From sequence record NZ_CP064874.1: a stretch of DNA of 64,000 nucleotides. One strand, given 5' to 3'. The notes beneath the pieces are model-generated. The model searched no databases. It had not been told where the DNA came from and saw nothing but the letters and a program-made list of their open reading frames with translations. The position numbers were made by a program, and so were the translations under genes. Source of the DNA: a plasmid. Shown in pieces: positions 37,656-47,310 of this stretch; position 1 is the first letter of the stretch; each line of letters starts with the position of its first letter.

Positions 37656-38378
37656 TCATGCGGCGCAGCTGGCGAGCTGCGCGCGGAGCGTGGAGTAGTC
37701 GGCCGGGTTGACCGTCAGCTGGTAGGCGGTGAGGACGTCGACGAAGCGCGCAGCGTAGGCGCATCCGTAGTCCGCGTTCGGGGGCATCCATTCGGAGGGG
37801 CCGCGATCGCTCTTCGACTGGTTGGTGCTGCCGTCCGTGGCCTGCAGATTGAGAGGATCGTTGGCGAAGCGCTCACGCTGGGCCTCGTCCCATTCGTCGG
37901 CGCCCTGACGCCACCCCCACGCGAGCGGCACGACATGGTCGATCTGCACGAGCTCACTCGTGCCCTGGCCGCGCTCGAAGGCGATCGTGAGCCCGGTGTA
38001 AGGGTCGTGAAGCGTTCCGGTGAGGACGACGCAGTCGTGTGTGCCGGGCTTGGTGGTGATGTTCTCGAGCGCGGCCGCGAGTGCGTCGTTGCGCTGGTCA
38101 CAGCCGTTGCGGTCGATGTCGGCCCAGCGTTGCCCGAACGCGTCACGGTCGTAGCTGTCCTGGTCGGCTGCATCGGCCACGACGAGCTGCTCGAGCTCAT
38201 CGAGGGCTGCGGCGGCGTCCGCGGAGATCTCTGCGGTAGGCACAGGCACAGGCGCGGGCGCGGTGTCGGTGAGGTCGCTGACGCCGGAGGGCTGGCTGGT
38301 GATCGCGATCGCGCCAGCGAGCAGGGCGACGACAACAGCGCCGGCGGCGGAGGCGAGGCGTGTGGTTCGGCGGTTCAT
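37656..38378 (-). CDS. secreted HNH/DUF1524-type (GmrSD C-terminal-like) nuclease
   Basis: Signal peptide MNRRTTRLASAAGAVVVALLAGAIAITSQ. His-Me finger region …CDQRNDALAAAL…IDHVVPLAWGW…NDPLNLQATDGSTNQSKSDRGPSEW. Confidence 0.65.
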   Translation of the reverse strand: MNRRTTRLASAAGAVVVALLAGAIAITSQPSGVSDLTDTAPAPVPVPTAEISADAAAALDELEQLVVADAADQDSYDRDAFGQRWADIDRNGCDQRNDALAAALENITTKPGTHDCVVLTGTLHDPYTGLTIAFERGQGTSELVQIDHVVPLAWGWRQGADEWDEAQRERFANDPLNLQATDGSTNQSKSDRGPSEWMPPNADYGCAYAARFVDVLTAYQLTVNPADYSTLRAQLASCAA

Positions 38379-38389
38379 GAGTGGTCCGT

Positions 38390-38593
38390 TCAGAGGAAGA
38401 GGGCGGCGCCGAGTACGACGGCCGCGGCGACCGCGGCGACGCTGAGGAGAAGGGTGACGAGGAACTTGAGGCTGCGCCGTACCGTGCGCTCTGCGCGGCG
38501 TGCAGTGTCGACGGTGACGAGGATGCCGACGAGGCCGCCGCTGCCCAGCAGAAGGGGAGCGAAGTCGCGGGCGGTAGACAGGGCGAGATCCAT
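38390..38593 (-). CDS. small membrane protein (two predicted TM helices)
   Basis: MDLALSTARDFAPLLLGSGGLVGILVTV…LLLSVAAVAAAVVLGAALFL. An RBS GGAGGAA precedes the start. Confidence 0.35.
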   Translation of the reverse strand: MDLALSTARDFAPLLLGSGGLVGILVTVDTARRAERTVRRSLKFLVTLLLSVAAVAAAVVLGAALFL

Positions 38594-38617
38594 GGGTTCC
38601 TCCGGGGTATTCGTCTA

Positions 38618-38692
38618 GGGGTATAGGTCGCAGTTCGGGGTGTTCGCGGACAGAGATTCTCGGGGGCGGGCATAGGCGAGCCCGCCCCCGAG
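38618..38692 (-). promoter_or_regulatory. conserved intergenic module, copy 1 (terminator-like hairpin plus TGTCCGCGAACA-N12-GGCCTATACCC)
   Basis: Minus-strand read: hairpin CTCGGGGGCGGGC…GCCCGCCCCCGAG, then TCTGTCCGCGAACAC, 12 nt, CCTATACCCC, 14 nt, GGAGGAA, ATG. Confidence 0.5.
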
Positions 38693-38697
38693 GGCTG

Positions 38698-39573
38698 TTA
38701 CGCGGCCGCGGCCTGGTCGTCGGCGCCGAGCATGGCGTCGGCGATCGCGTTGACGGCACGGAGGACGTTGCCGGCGACGCTGCGGATGAGGTCGACGTCA
38801 CCGCCGGCCCATCCTGCGACGTACCCGATCGACCACGCGGACGTGTCGAGTCCGAGGAGGCCACCGGCGCAGTACGCGACCGACTCGGCTTCGGTCTCGA
38901 TCACTCCGCGGTGCTCGCGGGTGCTGCCCTCGTCGAAGTGCAGAAGTGCGTGACCGATCTCGTGCAGGAGGGTCTTGACGCGCATGGCCGGTGCCATCTT
39001 GCTGTCGACCCGGATCTGTCGGGCCTGGCCATCGGTGTACCCGTTGAGCCCGTCCTGTGCGATGTCCTCGAGCGCGACATCCCAGCCCTGCGCGGTGATG
39101 AAGTCGGCGAGCTGGTCGAAGAGGCCTGCGACGTCGTCGCCCTCGAGGTAGATGGCCGGCTGCTCGGGGAGCGGCTCGCCATCGGTGTCGCGGACGTCGA
39201 ACACGGAGAGCACCGGGTAGATCACTCGACTGCTGGTGGACTCTTCTCCGGTGGCCTCGTCGACCTCGACGATCCGCTTGGTGGAGTAGCCGAAGATCTT
39301 GATCGACTTCGCGCCCTTGACGACGTGACGGCCGAGGGTCTCCCACTGGCGGTAGCCGAGGCAGTGGGTGCCGCCCTGCGCGAGGATGAGCATCTGGTTG
39401 GAGAACGAGCGCCGGCGGACGATGCGCGCGAAGCGCAGCCAGGCCTTCCAGTTCTCGCTCTCGGCCAGCGTGGCGACCTGTGCGGTGAGCTGCTCGTGGA
39501 GCGCCTCGGCCTGTGCGCGGCGCTCTTCCGGGGTGCGGCGGGTGGTGCCGCTGCGGCGGGTCTTGGTGGTCAT
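38698..39573 (-). CDS. ArdC-like anti-restriction protein (N-terminal ssDNA-binding domain plus C-terminal zincin HExxH)
   Basis: …NQMLILAQGGTHCLGYRQWETLGRHVVKGAKSIKIFGY… (ArdC-N) and LHEIGHALLHF metalloprotease motif. Confidence 0.75.
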   Translation of the reverse strand: MTTKTRRSGTTRRTPEERRAQAEALHEQLTAQVATLAESENWKAWLRFARIVRRRSFSNQMLILAQGGTHCLGYRQWETLGRHVVKGAKSIKIFGYSTKRIVEVDEATGEESTSSRVIYPVLSVFDVRDTDGEPLPEQPAIYLEGDDVAGLFDQLADFITAQGWDVALEDIAQDGLNGYTDGQARQIRVDSKMAPAMRVKTLLHEIGHALLHFDEGSTREHRGVIETEAESVAYCAGGLLGLDTSAWSIGYVAGWAGGDVDLIRSVAGNVLRAVNAIADAMLGADDQAAAA

Positions 39574-39600
39574 GGTGTCCTCCCTCAGAGTGGACGAGTA

Positions 39601-39647
39601 GTGAATGTGACATTCACTAGTATGAGGCATTCGATATGCCCCGTCAA
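39601..39647 (-). promoter_or_regulatory. promoter plus palindromic operator, copy 2 (upstream of the ArdC-like gene)
   Basis: TTGACG, 17 nt, CATACT, then TAGTGAATGTCACATTCACTA, GGGAGG, ATG. Confidence 0.5.
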
Positions 39648-39678
39648 CTCCGATTTGCACCCGCCTGCAGCGGGGGTC

Positions 39679-40632
39679 TCAGCCCGGAAGGATGTCGGTG
39701 GCGGCTTTGGGGTACGCGGTGCGCGGCAGCCCGATCGGCAGCCGGCGACGCTGGGAGCTGCTGCCAAGAGGGAAGGCGTATCGGAAGTTCCCCGGATGCC
39801 TGATCTTCGTGACATCGAGCGCGGCGAGCGCCTCGCGCAGCCAGGCTCGCGGGTCTTGCCCTGCGCGGCGGATGGGGGCGCCGAGCGAGACCAGGTGTCG
39901 CTCGGCGGCGTCGGCGCCTCGCTCCTGTCCTCTTACCTTGGACAGAGATCTCTCGGAGAGCACGAGGCCGCGGCGGGGGAGGTAGTTCAGGGTGCGTGCG
40001 GTGCTGCGGCCGAGGGCGATCGCGTTGACGCTTTGGTATATCCCGCCGATGTGGCCGGGCGAGGTCTGTTCGATGCGCTCGATTGTGGTGCCGTTGTCGA
40101 GGGTCTCGGTGATCTGTCGGCGCCGTGGCAAGGGGTCGGCGAAAGAGACGACGCCGCGGATGCCCCGGTCGTAGGCGTGGCGGAAAGCGCGTGCGAGGAA
40201 CCAGGATTCGGCGTTCGCGGGTGTGTCGGTGAGTACGAATCGGCCGAGCTCGATGCTCTGTTCGTAGGGCTCGAGCGTGCCGAAGACGGAGCTGAGGACT
40301 CCTCTGCTCATCGGGGTGGAGAAGGTGGCGACGCCGACCAGTGCCATCTCGTCGACCATGGCGCCGTTGATGGGGAAGCGGTCGTCGCGGGTGAGCAGCC
40401 CGATCGAGAAGCGTGCTGCGGGGAAGGATGCTGCGTAGTGCTCGTCGATGACGAATGCTCGCGCGGCGGCTTCCGTGATCGGGGCCACCTGGTATAGACG
40501 GGGGTCGAACCCGCCTTCGGAGATGTGGCGCCACGAATGGGCGCCGCGAGACCAACGCTGGCAGTAGTCGCTCGCGGGGGAGGAGGGCGGCTCGGCCGGC
40601 ATGAGTACCGGCCGAGCGTTCAGGGTGGGCAT
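39679..40632 (-). CDS. hypothetical protein
   Basis: Start taken at MPTLNARPVLMPAEPP (40632). 318 aa. Confidence 0.5.
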   Translation of the reverse strand: MPTLNARPVLMPAEPPSSPASDYCQRWSRGAHSWRHISEGGFDPRLYQVAPITEAAARAFVIDEHYAASFPAARFSIGLLTRDDRFPINGAMVDEMALVGVATFSTPMSRGVLSSVFGTLEPYEQSIELGRFVLTDTPANAESWFLARAFRHAYDRGIRGVVSFADPLPRRRQITETLDNGTTIERIEQTSPGHIGGIYQSVNAIALGRSTARTLNYLPRRGLVLSERSLSKVRGQERGADAAERHLVSLGAPIRRAGQDPRAWLREALAALDVTKIRHPGNFRYAFPLGSSSQRRRLPIGLPRTAYPKAATDILPG

Positions 40633-40636
40633 GAGG

Positions 40637-40960
40637 TCAGATCTGCGCAGCGATCGCGCGGAGCTGCTCGTCGACGTCGGGGGCGACGTCGATCCACTCA
40701 CCGGTCCTGGGGTGCAGCCCGACGATGAGCGCGGTGCTGAACAGCAGTGCGCTGCGGCCGTGCTCGGTCAGGTAGAGCGAGGCGAGCAGGTTCGGCTCTG
40801 TGACCTTGAGACCGGCTTCCTCGTCGACGAGCAGTGCGTGGCCGTTGGTCAGGCGGAGCTCTGCGACCCAGCCGCCGATCTCGCGCTGGTAGTCGGGCAG
40901 CTCGTCGATGCGGATGGTGTCGATCTCGCCAGCGGGGGTGATCTTGATGGCCGTTGTCAT
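40637..40960 (-). CDS. hypothetical protein
   Basis: 107 aa. An RBS GGAGGA precedes the start. Confidence 0.45.
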   Translation of the reverse strand: MTTAIKITPAGEIDTIRIDELPDYQREIGGWVAELRLTNGHALLVDEEAGLKVTEPNLLASLYLTEHGRSALLFSTALIVGLHPRTGEWIDVAPDVDEQLRAIAAQI

Positions 40961-40986
40961 GGAGTCCTCCTCAGATCAGAACGGTA

Positions 40987-41034
40987 GTGAATGTGACATT
41001 CACTGATGGTACGCGGGCGACGTACCCTCGTCAA
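40987..41034 (-). promoter_or_regulatory. promoter plus palindromic operator, copy 3
   Basis: TTGACG, 17 nt, TACCAT, c, AGTGAATGTCACATTCACTA, GGAGGA, ATG (40960). Confidence 0.5.
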
Positions 41035-41044
41035 CCGCCGTGGA

Positions 41045-42449
41045 CTAGAGGAGTGCTGAGTCGACGCGGCAGCACTTCTGCTGCGCATAGGGGCGTTCAC
41101 TCAGCGGCATCCAACCCGGTTCCCTTCGCCGAATGAGCCGGGGATGCCCGGCTTCCCCCTCCGTGGTCATGTGGGGGCCGGCGTTGGTCCAGCAGTTCTG
41201 CGCGCGCGTCTCGCACCACAGCGCGAGCCGCGCTTCGCGGGGGAGGCAGGCACGATGTGTCCACCAGGCGCGCTTCTCGCCGTAGGGTCCGAACTGGTGG
41301 CCCTCGCTGTGCGCGATCGCGTCGTGGACGGCGCGGAAGACGTCGTTGGCGAGCATCGGCGCCCGCTCGCCCGTGGGCAGGGTGACCGTAACGCTGCGAG
41401 CCATCGGATGATCCGGCGGAAGGGCCCCCTCGCTGTGCTGCGAGACCTCGGTGCGGAAGTAGAACAGGTGCTTGTTCTCGCGGAGATCGGCCAGCATCGC
41501 GGCAGAGTCGGCGTAGGGTTGCTCGGTCTCGCCGTGCCAGGGCTCGAAGGTGTAGCCGGCTTCTGTGAGCATGTCCCACTGAGCGCCGATGTGCTGCCGC
41601 AGTGATCGGTAGGAGCGGGCGACCTGCGGGTGCGCGGGCTCGTGCGGTGCGGCCGCGTATGCCCTCGCTGCAGCGATGTCGTCGAGCTCGGTCAGTCGGG
41701 GGATCGGCGTGCGCTGTGGGAAACCGTGCGCATCGGCGTACCGCTCTCTGAGCGACTGGATCTCCTTGATCGGCTGGTGGTGACGGTAGCTGTCGTTGCC
41801 GGGCACGAAGGCAACGTGCGCTCGAGCGAAGGTGGGTTCTGTTCCGAGACGGGCGGCGATCGCGTTCACGGCGGATGCCGGCAGCGGATACTCGGCGGGT
41901 TCCGCGATCTCGAGCTTGCCGTCATAGAGCCTGCCTCCCGGTGCGCCGGCGGCGCGGAGAATGTCGAGGGTCTCCTGGACCTGCTGCTGCGAGCCGGTGC
42001 CGGCGGCGAAGCTGTAGACCCGGTCGGGGCCGTCAGCGTCGAAGTACCCGGCCATGATGCTGTCCTGCTCATACCGCCCCGCCAGCTCGCCGGCCCAGTC
42101 GGTGACCTGCTCGAAGCTGTCCGCGTGGACGATGTAGGCGCCTGCAGGCTCCGACGTGCCCTCCCAGAGCCCGTCCGCGTGCTGCAGCTCGGAGATCTCG
42201 ATCCCGTGACGTTCCGCGGCCGCGCGCAGGGTGTCTTCGTACTCGATCCACTCGTCGGTGTCCCAATAGCTGGGGCGCGAGCTCATCCGCATCAGCTCGC
42301 CCGAGACCGGCCGGAACGGGGTCGCGCCGATGAAGGCCTCAAGCTGCTTCTCGGCGTTCCGCTCGCGCTTCTCGGCGCGGCGACGCCGCTGCCCTTCGGC
42401 CGTCGACGACGGGCACCGCCGCCCTCCGTGGTCGATGTCGTCGCACATG
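41045..42449 (-). CDS. hypothetical protein (468 aa, Cys-rich N-terminus)
   Basis: Start taken at MCDDIDHGGRRCPSS (42449). The ORF-track extension to 42580 translates the conserved intergenic module and was rejected. Confidence 0.55.
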
Positions 42450-42468
42450 GCCTCTCCCGTTCGTCTGC

Positions 42469-42536
42469 TGGGTATAGGCCGGGGTTGGGGGTGTTCGCGG
42501 ACAGAAATCGGGGCCCCGCCGGTCGGCAGGGCCCCG
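42469..42536 (-). promoter_or_regulatory. conserved intergenic module, copy 2
   Basis: Hairpin CGGGGCCCTGCCGACCGGCGGGGCCCCG, TCTGTCCGCGAACAC, 12 nt, CCTATACCCA, 14 nt, GAGG, ATG. Confidence 0.5.
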
Positions 42537-42683
42537 ATGAGGGCGGCATGGTCAAACGTCAGCCGTTGAGCTCCTCCCACACCTGGTAGGCGCGGTGAAA
42601 CTCCGGGCTGTCATCGTCGCCGTCACGCACGAGCTGGTCGAGGTACTCGTCGAGCTCAGCCTGGGAGAGCTGGCGGGGATCCT

Positions 42684-42965
42684 TCATCCTTCGGCTCCCG
42701 CCTCGGCAGGCGGGCAACTGCACCGTGCACGCGGCCGCGAACCGTTCCAGTTCCCGACGTAGAACAGCGCGCACGGCCATTCGTGCTCGCCGCGGCGCCG
42801 CAGCCTGGGGACGGTCACCGTGAGCTCGCTGCCCAGGCTCAGCGCGTCCATGATGTCGTCCGCGATGTAGCCGGCCTCCTCGTCCGCCTCGTCCGTGTGC
42901 TGCTGGATCGTGCGCACGATCGTTGCGCGCACGTCCAGCGTGACGGTCGGCGATGCCTCGTTCAT
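42684..42965 (-). CDS. hypothetical protein
   Basis: Start taken at MNEASPTVTLDV (42965). Confidence 0.3.
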   Translation of the reverse strand: MNEASPTVTLDVRATIVRTIQQHTDEADEEAGYIADDIMDALSLGSELTVTVPRLRRRGEHEWPCALFYVGNWNGSRPRARCSCPPAEAGAEG

Positions 42966-43318
42966 CGGGTGTCCTCGTCGGGGTCCACACGCTGGATCGC
43001 CTCGTGCAGGCGGGCCAGTCGGTCCTCTCGCACGATGATGACGAAGACCACCGCAATGCCGGCAAGAGGCAGGAGCACGATCGGGGCGGGGACCACGATC
43101 ACCACGCCGACAGCGAGCAGCACGATCGGCAGGATCACCCTCAGCGTTGCGCGGCGGTGCTGACCGAGCTCGTTCCTGATGCGATCCTTGATGACCCCGT
43201 CCTGCTGTGCGAAGGCGGTGGCCGGGTCCGAGGAACGCAACATGCTCCGGATTGCGCGAGTTGTCCACTCGCTCAGCGTGCGCTGATGCCGATCCCTACT
43301 ACTCTCACGCCCGGTCAT
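42962..43318 (-). CDS. hypothetical membrane protein
   Basis: TM stretch ILPIVLLAVGVVIVVPAPIVLLPLAGIAVVFVIIV. Confidence 0.4.
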   Translation of the reverse strand: MTGRESSRDRHQRTLSEWTTRAIRSMLRSSDPATAFAQQDGVIKDRIRNELGQHRRATLRVILPIVLLAVGVVIVVPAPIVLLPLAGIAVVFVIIVREDRLARLHEAIQRVDPDEDTR

Positions 43319-43806
43319 CGCGTGTACTCGCTCGGGGACGGGATCGGCAGGTCAGGATCGCGGATCTCGTACTGCCGGTCCTCCACGTAGGCCGCGTACT
43401 CGTCTGCGAAGTCGTATGCCTCGGCCTCGCTGTGCCCTTCCTGGCGCGCATGATCGAACGCGCTCCGCCACGGCTGACCGGTCGAATCGAGCGGCGGGTA
43501 CAGGCGGTCGATCAGCACCTGATTCGCAGCGTCGTCGATCCTTCCGCGAGCCTCGGCGTCGGCGATCGCTCTCGCAGTCGCATGTGTGCCGTCTCGCAGC
43601 CGCGACAGATCACTCGAAGAGGGCACCACCCGCGCATAGGTGCAGTCGTCCCACCGGCAGTAGGTGGTCGTCTCCTCTGGCGTGAGCGGGCGGGGAGTGA
43701 CGCTCACCAGCGCGGCGCCGCGTCCGCACACGGGGCATCGTCGAGCCTCCGCGCTGCGGACACCAACGCCGCGGCGATGGGCTGTGTTGTTCCGGCGCTC
43801 GGTCAT
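43315..43806 (-). CDS. hypothetical protein with zinc ribbon
   Basis: CPVCG…C…C motifs. 4-bp overlaps with both neighbours. Confidence 0.45.
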   Translation of the reverse strand: MTERRNNTAHRRGVGVRSAEARRCPVCGRGAALVSVTPRPLTPEETTTYCRWDDCTYARVVPSSSDLSRLRDGTHATARAIADAEARGRIDDAANQVLIDRLYPPLDSTGQPWRSAFDHARQEGHSEAEAYDFADEYAAYVEDRQYEIRDPDLPIPSPSEYTR

Positions 43807-44024
43807 CGCTCGCTCCCGCTCTCGTTGGGCGGGTTGGTGATGATGAACCCTGTGCCGGCGTCGGGCTGGTCCTGGCGCAGTCCGACGATCTCGGTGTCGG
43901 TCGCGTCGGTGTCGTTGAGGGTCTGAGCGAGCAGGTCGGCGTACTCGTCCGCGGTGAGTGCCTGGACCGCGGCGGCGTCGGTGACGTCGACGGGCTTGCC
44001 GTTGACGTGGAAGATGCGGGTCAT
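43803..44024 (-). CDS. hypothetical protein
   Basis: Start taken at MTRIFHVNGKPVDV (44024). Confidence 0.35.
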   Translation of the reverse strand: MTRIFHVNGKPVDVTDAAAVQALTADEYADLLAQTLNDTDATDTEIVGLRQDQPDAGTGFIITNPPNESGSER

Positions 44025-44071
44025 GGGGTTCTCTCCTGCTGATGCGTCGTGGTGTCCATCCTCGTCGTGGG

Positions 44072-44371
44072 TCAGCGGAGGTCGAGCTCGACGCTGTCGG
44101 CCTCGAGGTCGGGGATGGTCTGGGCAGGGTGGCTGAACGTGACAGCCGGGCCGTGGACGATTACACGGTCGCCGCGGTGGGTCGTCAGCCGGAGCATCTC
44201 GGCGAGGATCCCGTTGGCGTGGACGTTGTATGAGCCGGCGTCGGTCTCGACGCGGAACCCTACGCGCGCCTGACGGTCGGTGAGTCGGCGGACGAGGGTG
44301 AGCGGTGTGCGGACGGTTCCTGCGATGGTGACCGCGGTGCCCGTGGGGGCTGCGGCCTGGGTGATGGTCAT
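44072..44371 (-). CDS. hypothetical protein
   Basis: Start MTITQAAAP is preceded by GAGGAGA and by operator copy 4. Confidence 0.4.
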   Translation of the reverse strand: MTITQAAAPTGTAVTIAGTVRTPLTLVRRLTDRQARVGFRVETDAGSYNVHANGILAEMLRLTTHRGDRVIVHGPAVTFSHPAQTIPDLEADSVELDLR

Positions 44372-44383
44372 GGCCTGTCTCCT

Positions 44384-44431
44384 CAATCAAATAGTGAATG
44401 TGACATTCACTGACTATACGCCTGCGAGTCT
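44384..44431 (-). promoter_or_regulatory. promoter plus palindromic operator, copy 4
   Basis: TATAGT, c, AGTGAATGTCACATTCACTA, then GAGGAGA and ATG. The -35 is weak (TTCCCC). Confidence 0.45.
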
Positions 44432-44477
44432 GGTAGGGGAACCCCCGTGCCTGACTGTGCCGCAGGCCCTTCTTGCT

Positions 44478-44511
44478 GGGTATAGGCCGGTCTTGGCGCT
44501 GTTCGCGGACA
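44478..44511 (-). promoter_or_regulatory. conserved intergenic module, copy 3 (no strong hairpin)
   Basis: GTGTCCGCGAACAG, 12 nt, CCTATACCCA. It lies about 70 nt upstream, in the transcription direction, of operator copy 4. Confidence 0.45.
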
Positions 44512-44535
44512 CCCGAGTTGCGAAGATCGGTGAGG

Positions 44536-44778
44536 TTAGTCGTCGATGCTGCTGTCGGGTTCGTCACACGCGCCACTGTTGATGGCATCGACGCCGGCTT
44601 TCGTGAGCACCCAGCCGGGTTCGACCCATGAGTAGCGCTCGATCAGACCGCGCCTGCGGAGAGACTGGATGGTGCCACCGGGAATCCCCAGGCCTGTCGT
44701 ATCGAGGTAGCTGGCGCCACCGGAGGGGGACCGGCCATCGGCGATCATCCGCATGGTGACCCGCTGCGACCAGTTCAA
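44536..44778 (-). CDS. hypothetical protein
   Basis: 80-aa ORF; the start is uncertain. Confidence 0.3.
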   Translation of the reverse strand: MNWSQRVTMRMIADGRSPSGGASYLDTTGLGIPGGTIQSLRRRGLIERYSWVEPGWVLTKAGVDAINSGACDEPDSSIDD

Positions 44779-44814
44779 CGGCGGGGCCTTCTTGCGGCGG
44801 TTGAGCTGTCGATG

Positions 44815-46092
44815 TCAGGCGGAACGTGCGAGCTGCGCAGCGGAGGCGGTCGGCTGCAGCGCGAGGAGCCGCTGCGCCTTCGCTGCTTCGATCTCGCCCG
44901 GCAGCTCTCCCTTACGAGCGCCGGAGCGGCCGTAGAGAAGGACTTTCACGCCGGTCTTGGAGGCCTGCGCTCGGTCGGCGATCTCGAGGATGGTCATGCC
45001 GGAGGCCATCAGTTGTCGGACGTGCCGGCGAACGGGGTCAGCGGGCACGCGCGGGGCCTGCGGGGCGATGCCGGCTTCCCGCCGCCGGCGTCGCTCTTCG
45101 GTCAGCGATGCGTCGGCGCAGGAGATCTCGGCAGGGCATTGATCTCGGTCCTTGCAGCCGAGCTGGTAGCCGTAGGCGGTCCCGTGGTGTTCGGCCGGGA
45201 TGCTCTGTTCCTTCCGGTTTGCCATCCACTGCCGGTGATACTCGCGGCCCGCCTCGATGCACTCCGGTCGATCGCAGCCACGCGCCCGGCAGGCGTTGGT
45301 GCCGTGCGGCTGCAGCTGCCGCGGTCGGGAGACGCGAGGGGCCCGCGGGGTCTGCGGCCGCGGCATCCGCGGCCTGGCCGGCGGTGCCGGGCGATCATGC
45401 TTCGCGAGCTCGTCGACTGCTGCCTGATGCCTGGCGGTGGCGTCCTGCAGAGCACGCTCGATCACGCCGCCGACCGATAGGCCGCTTCCGGCGGCGATGG
45501 TGGCCGTCTTGAGCGTCTCGACCGCGGAACGCAGCTGGACGCGCAGATCCCGGTGGTCGCTGCGCCACTGTGCGAGCTCGTCGACGTGACGATCCAGCGC
45601 TGCTTCGTAGCCGTCGACCGTCTCCGCGAACGTGCTGGCACGCTCGACGGGGAGCGTCTCGGCCGCGAGGCGGGCCTTGTCGATCCACTGATAGCCAGGA
45701 TGCGTGCGCGTCCTCAGCAACGTCGGTCGCGGGGTCGCGATCCTCAGCGGCGCCGTCTTCGGCGGGCGGGCGGGCCGTGCTGTCGGTGTGCGCTTCGAGG
45801 CCTGCTTGGGTCGGCGGGGCTGCGTGGCTTCGGCCGCGGCCCGGCGCTCTTCTCGAGCGGCGATCTTGTCACGCTGCCGGGACTGGTCGCGTGCGGCTGC
45901 GTCGCGCTCGAGGATCTCCGCAAGGGGCGTGCCGGCGTCGATGAGCTTCGCGAAGGAGAAGTCGCCGGCATAGCGGGTGTGGATGGTGCGGCAGGGGATG
46001 AGCGCGGGGCACGCTGCAGTGCGGCATCCGCGGCGGTACCCGTCCGGGGTGCCGTGCGGGAAGCTGTCGTCGAGCAGGTCGAGGGTGGACAT
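44815..46092 (-). CDS. hypothetical protein with C-terminal HTH
   Basis: Start taken at MSTLDLLDDSFPHGTPDGYRRGCRTAACP (46092). The C-terminus …GMTILEIADRAQASKTGVKVLLYG… is HTH-like. 425 aa. Confidence 0.5.
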   Translation of the reverse strand: MSTLDLLDDSFPHGTPDGYRRGCRTAACPALIPCRTIHTRYAGDFSFAKLIDAGTPLAEILERDAAARDQSRQRDKIAAREERRAAAEATQPRRPKQASKRTPTARPARPPKTAPLRIATPRPTLLRTRTHPGYQWIDKARLAAETLPVERASTFAETVDGYEAALDRHVDELAQWRSDHRDLRVQLRSAVETLKTATIAAGSGLSVGGVIERALQDATARHQAAVDELAKHDRPAPPARPRMPRPQTPRAPRVSRPRQLQPHGTNACRARGCDRPECIEAGREYHRQWMANRKEQSIPAEHHGTAYGYQLGCKDRDQCPAEISCADASLTEERRRRREAGIAPQAPRVPADPVRRHVRQLMASGMTILEIADRAQASKTGVKVLLYGRSGARKGELPGEIEAAKAQRLLALQPTASAAQLARSA

Positions 46093-46103
46093 CACGTTCG
46101 GCC

Positions 46104-46565
46104 TCAGTAGCGCAGGAGCTTCGCGGTGACGAGCGACAACAGCGCCGCCCGTTGCGGAGAGTTGAGGCGGGAGAAGTGCGCGCCCAGGGTGTCCAGTGCT
46201 GCGGTGAACTCGGCAGGCAGCCCGTCGAGATCCCGCTTGACGCGCCGCTCGTTCGCGTCGCGCTGCGCCTCGGCCTGATCGGTCACACGCCACTCGTCGG
46301 TGGCCGCGCGGTCGGCATAGGCGCCCGTGATCCGTGGCGCATGCAGCCCGCGGGTGTAGAGCGAGTTCGGCTCGTCGATCGGGCGAGTGATCGTGATGAT
46401 CGCGCCGACCGGCGCCGACGTGTACGGCTTGTACGAGCCGAGCTCCTTGTCGGAGATCTCGCCGTCGACGAGCGTGCGGTACCAGTGCGCGAGCTTGCCA
46501 TTGCCCGCCTGCCTGCGCCCGACGTAGACGACATCCTCAGTGACGGTCTCTGCCGATTCGCTCAT
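46104..46565 (-). CDS. hypothetical protein
   Basis: Start MSESAETVTEDVV follows GAGGAGA and operator copy 5. Confidence 0.45.
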   Translation of the reverse strand: MSESAETVTEDVVYVGRRQAGNGKLAHWYRTLVDGEISDKELGSYKPYTSAPVGAIITITRPIDEPNSLYTRGLHAPRITGAYADRAATDEWRVTDQAEAQRDANERRVKRDLDGLPAEFTAALDTLGAHFSRLNSPQRAALLSLVTAKLLRY

Positions 46566-46594
46566 GGGCGATCTCCTCAATCAATCAGAAAGTA

Positions 46595-46642
46595 GTGAAT
46601 GTGACATTCACTGATACTAGAGAGGTTGCAGCGTTCTCGCAA
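46595..46642 (-). promoter_or_regulatory. promoter plus palindromic operator, copy 5
   Basis: TTGCGA, 17 nt, TAGTAT, c, AGTGAATGTCACATTCACTA, GAGGAGA, ATG. Confidence 0.5.
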
Positions 46643-46826
46643 CCGTCGTCGTCGTCGTCGCCGAAAGTCGAGAGCGCTGCCTGTCGGCGGGCACGGTGCG
46701 CATGGGCTCATCACGAGGCGCTTCGATCTCGAAGCCGCACGCGCCGCAGCTGTGCAGTCCGACGCCATCGACGTCGTCGGATGGGATGTACATGGTGGTG
46801 GGCTCTTCGCACATCAGGCAGCGCAT
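46617..46826 (-). CDS. small zinc-ribbon protein
   Basis: MRCLMCEEPTTMYIPSDDVDGVGLHSCGACGF…. Confidence 0.4.
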   Translation of the reverse strand: MRCLMCEEPTTMYIPSDDVDGVGLHSCGACGFEIEAPRDEPMRTVPADRQRSRLSATTTTTVARTLQPL

Positions 46827-46846
46827 GGTGATCTCCGATCGTGTGG

Positions 46847-47310
46847 TCAGGCGGTAGCCGCCGGGGTGATCTGCTCGACGGTGGCTGAGTAGCCGCGGTG
46901 GGAACCCCAGGCGGCGGCGATGCGGTCGGCGACGTCGCGGTCTTCGCCGAGGTAGGGGCGGTATCGCTTGCCTCGCGGGTCGGTGATGACGACCTGGACG
47001 ACGCCGGAGGGCTCGCGCACGGTGACTCGGGCAGCAGGGATTGGGTGGGCGTGGACGCGGCCGGCGATGATGAAGGTCGGGTACAGATCGCGTGCGAGCT
47101 CGGGGGAGCGGAACACGTCGTGGACCCATGCCGTGATGGCGATCGCGCCGGCAGGACTGAACCCGATGAGGCGGGCGGGGAGCTGCTCGAGCCCGGAGCG
47201 GACGAAGTAGTGCTCGTCGACGAGTATCGGCGCCGGCGGATGCAGAGACCGCTCGTCGTGGGCGGGGTAGATCGTCAGGCTGGTGCGGCTGTTCATGAGG
47301 CGCTCGTTCA
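46847..47310 (-). CDS. hypothetical protein
   Basis: Start MNERLMNSRTSLTIYPAHDE. ATGA overlap with the upstream gene. Confidence 0.45.

Noticed and set aside
41045-42580. N-terminal extension MGGAQRLTFDHAALIG… of the 511-aa ORF
   Set aside because: It is a translation of the conserved hairpin plus TGTCCGCGAACA…CCTATACCC intergenic module. The real start is taken at MCDDIDHG (42449), which follows the module's RBS.
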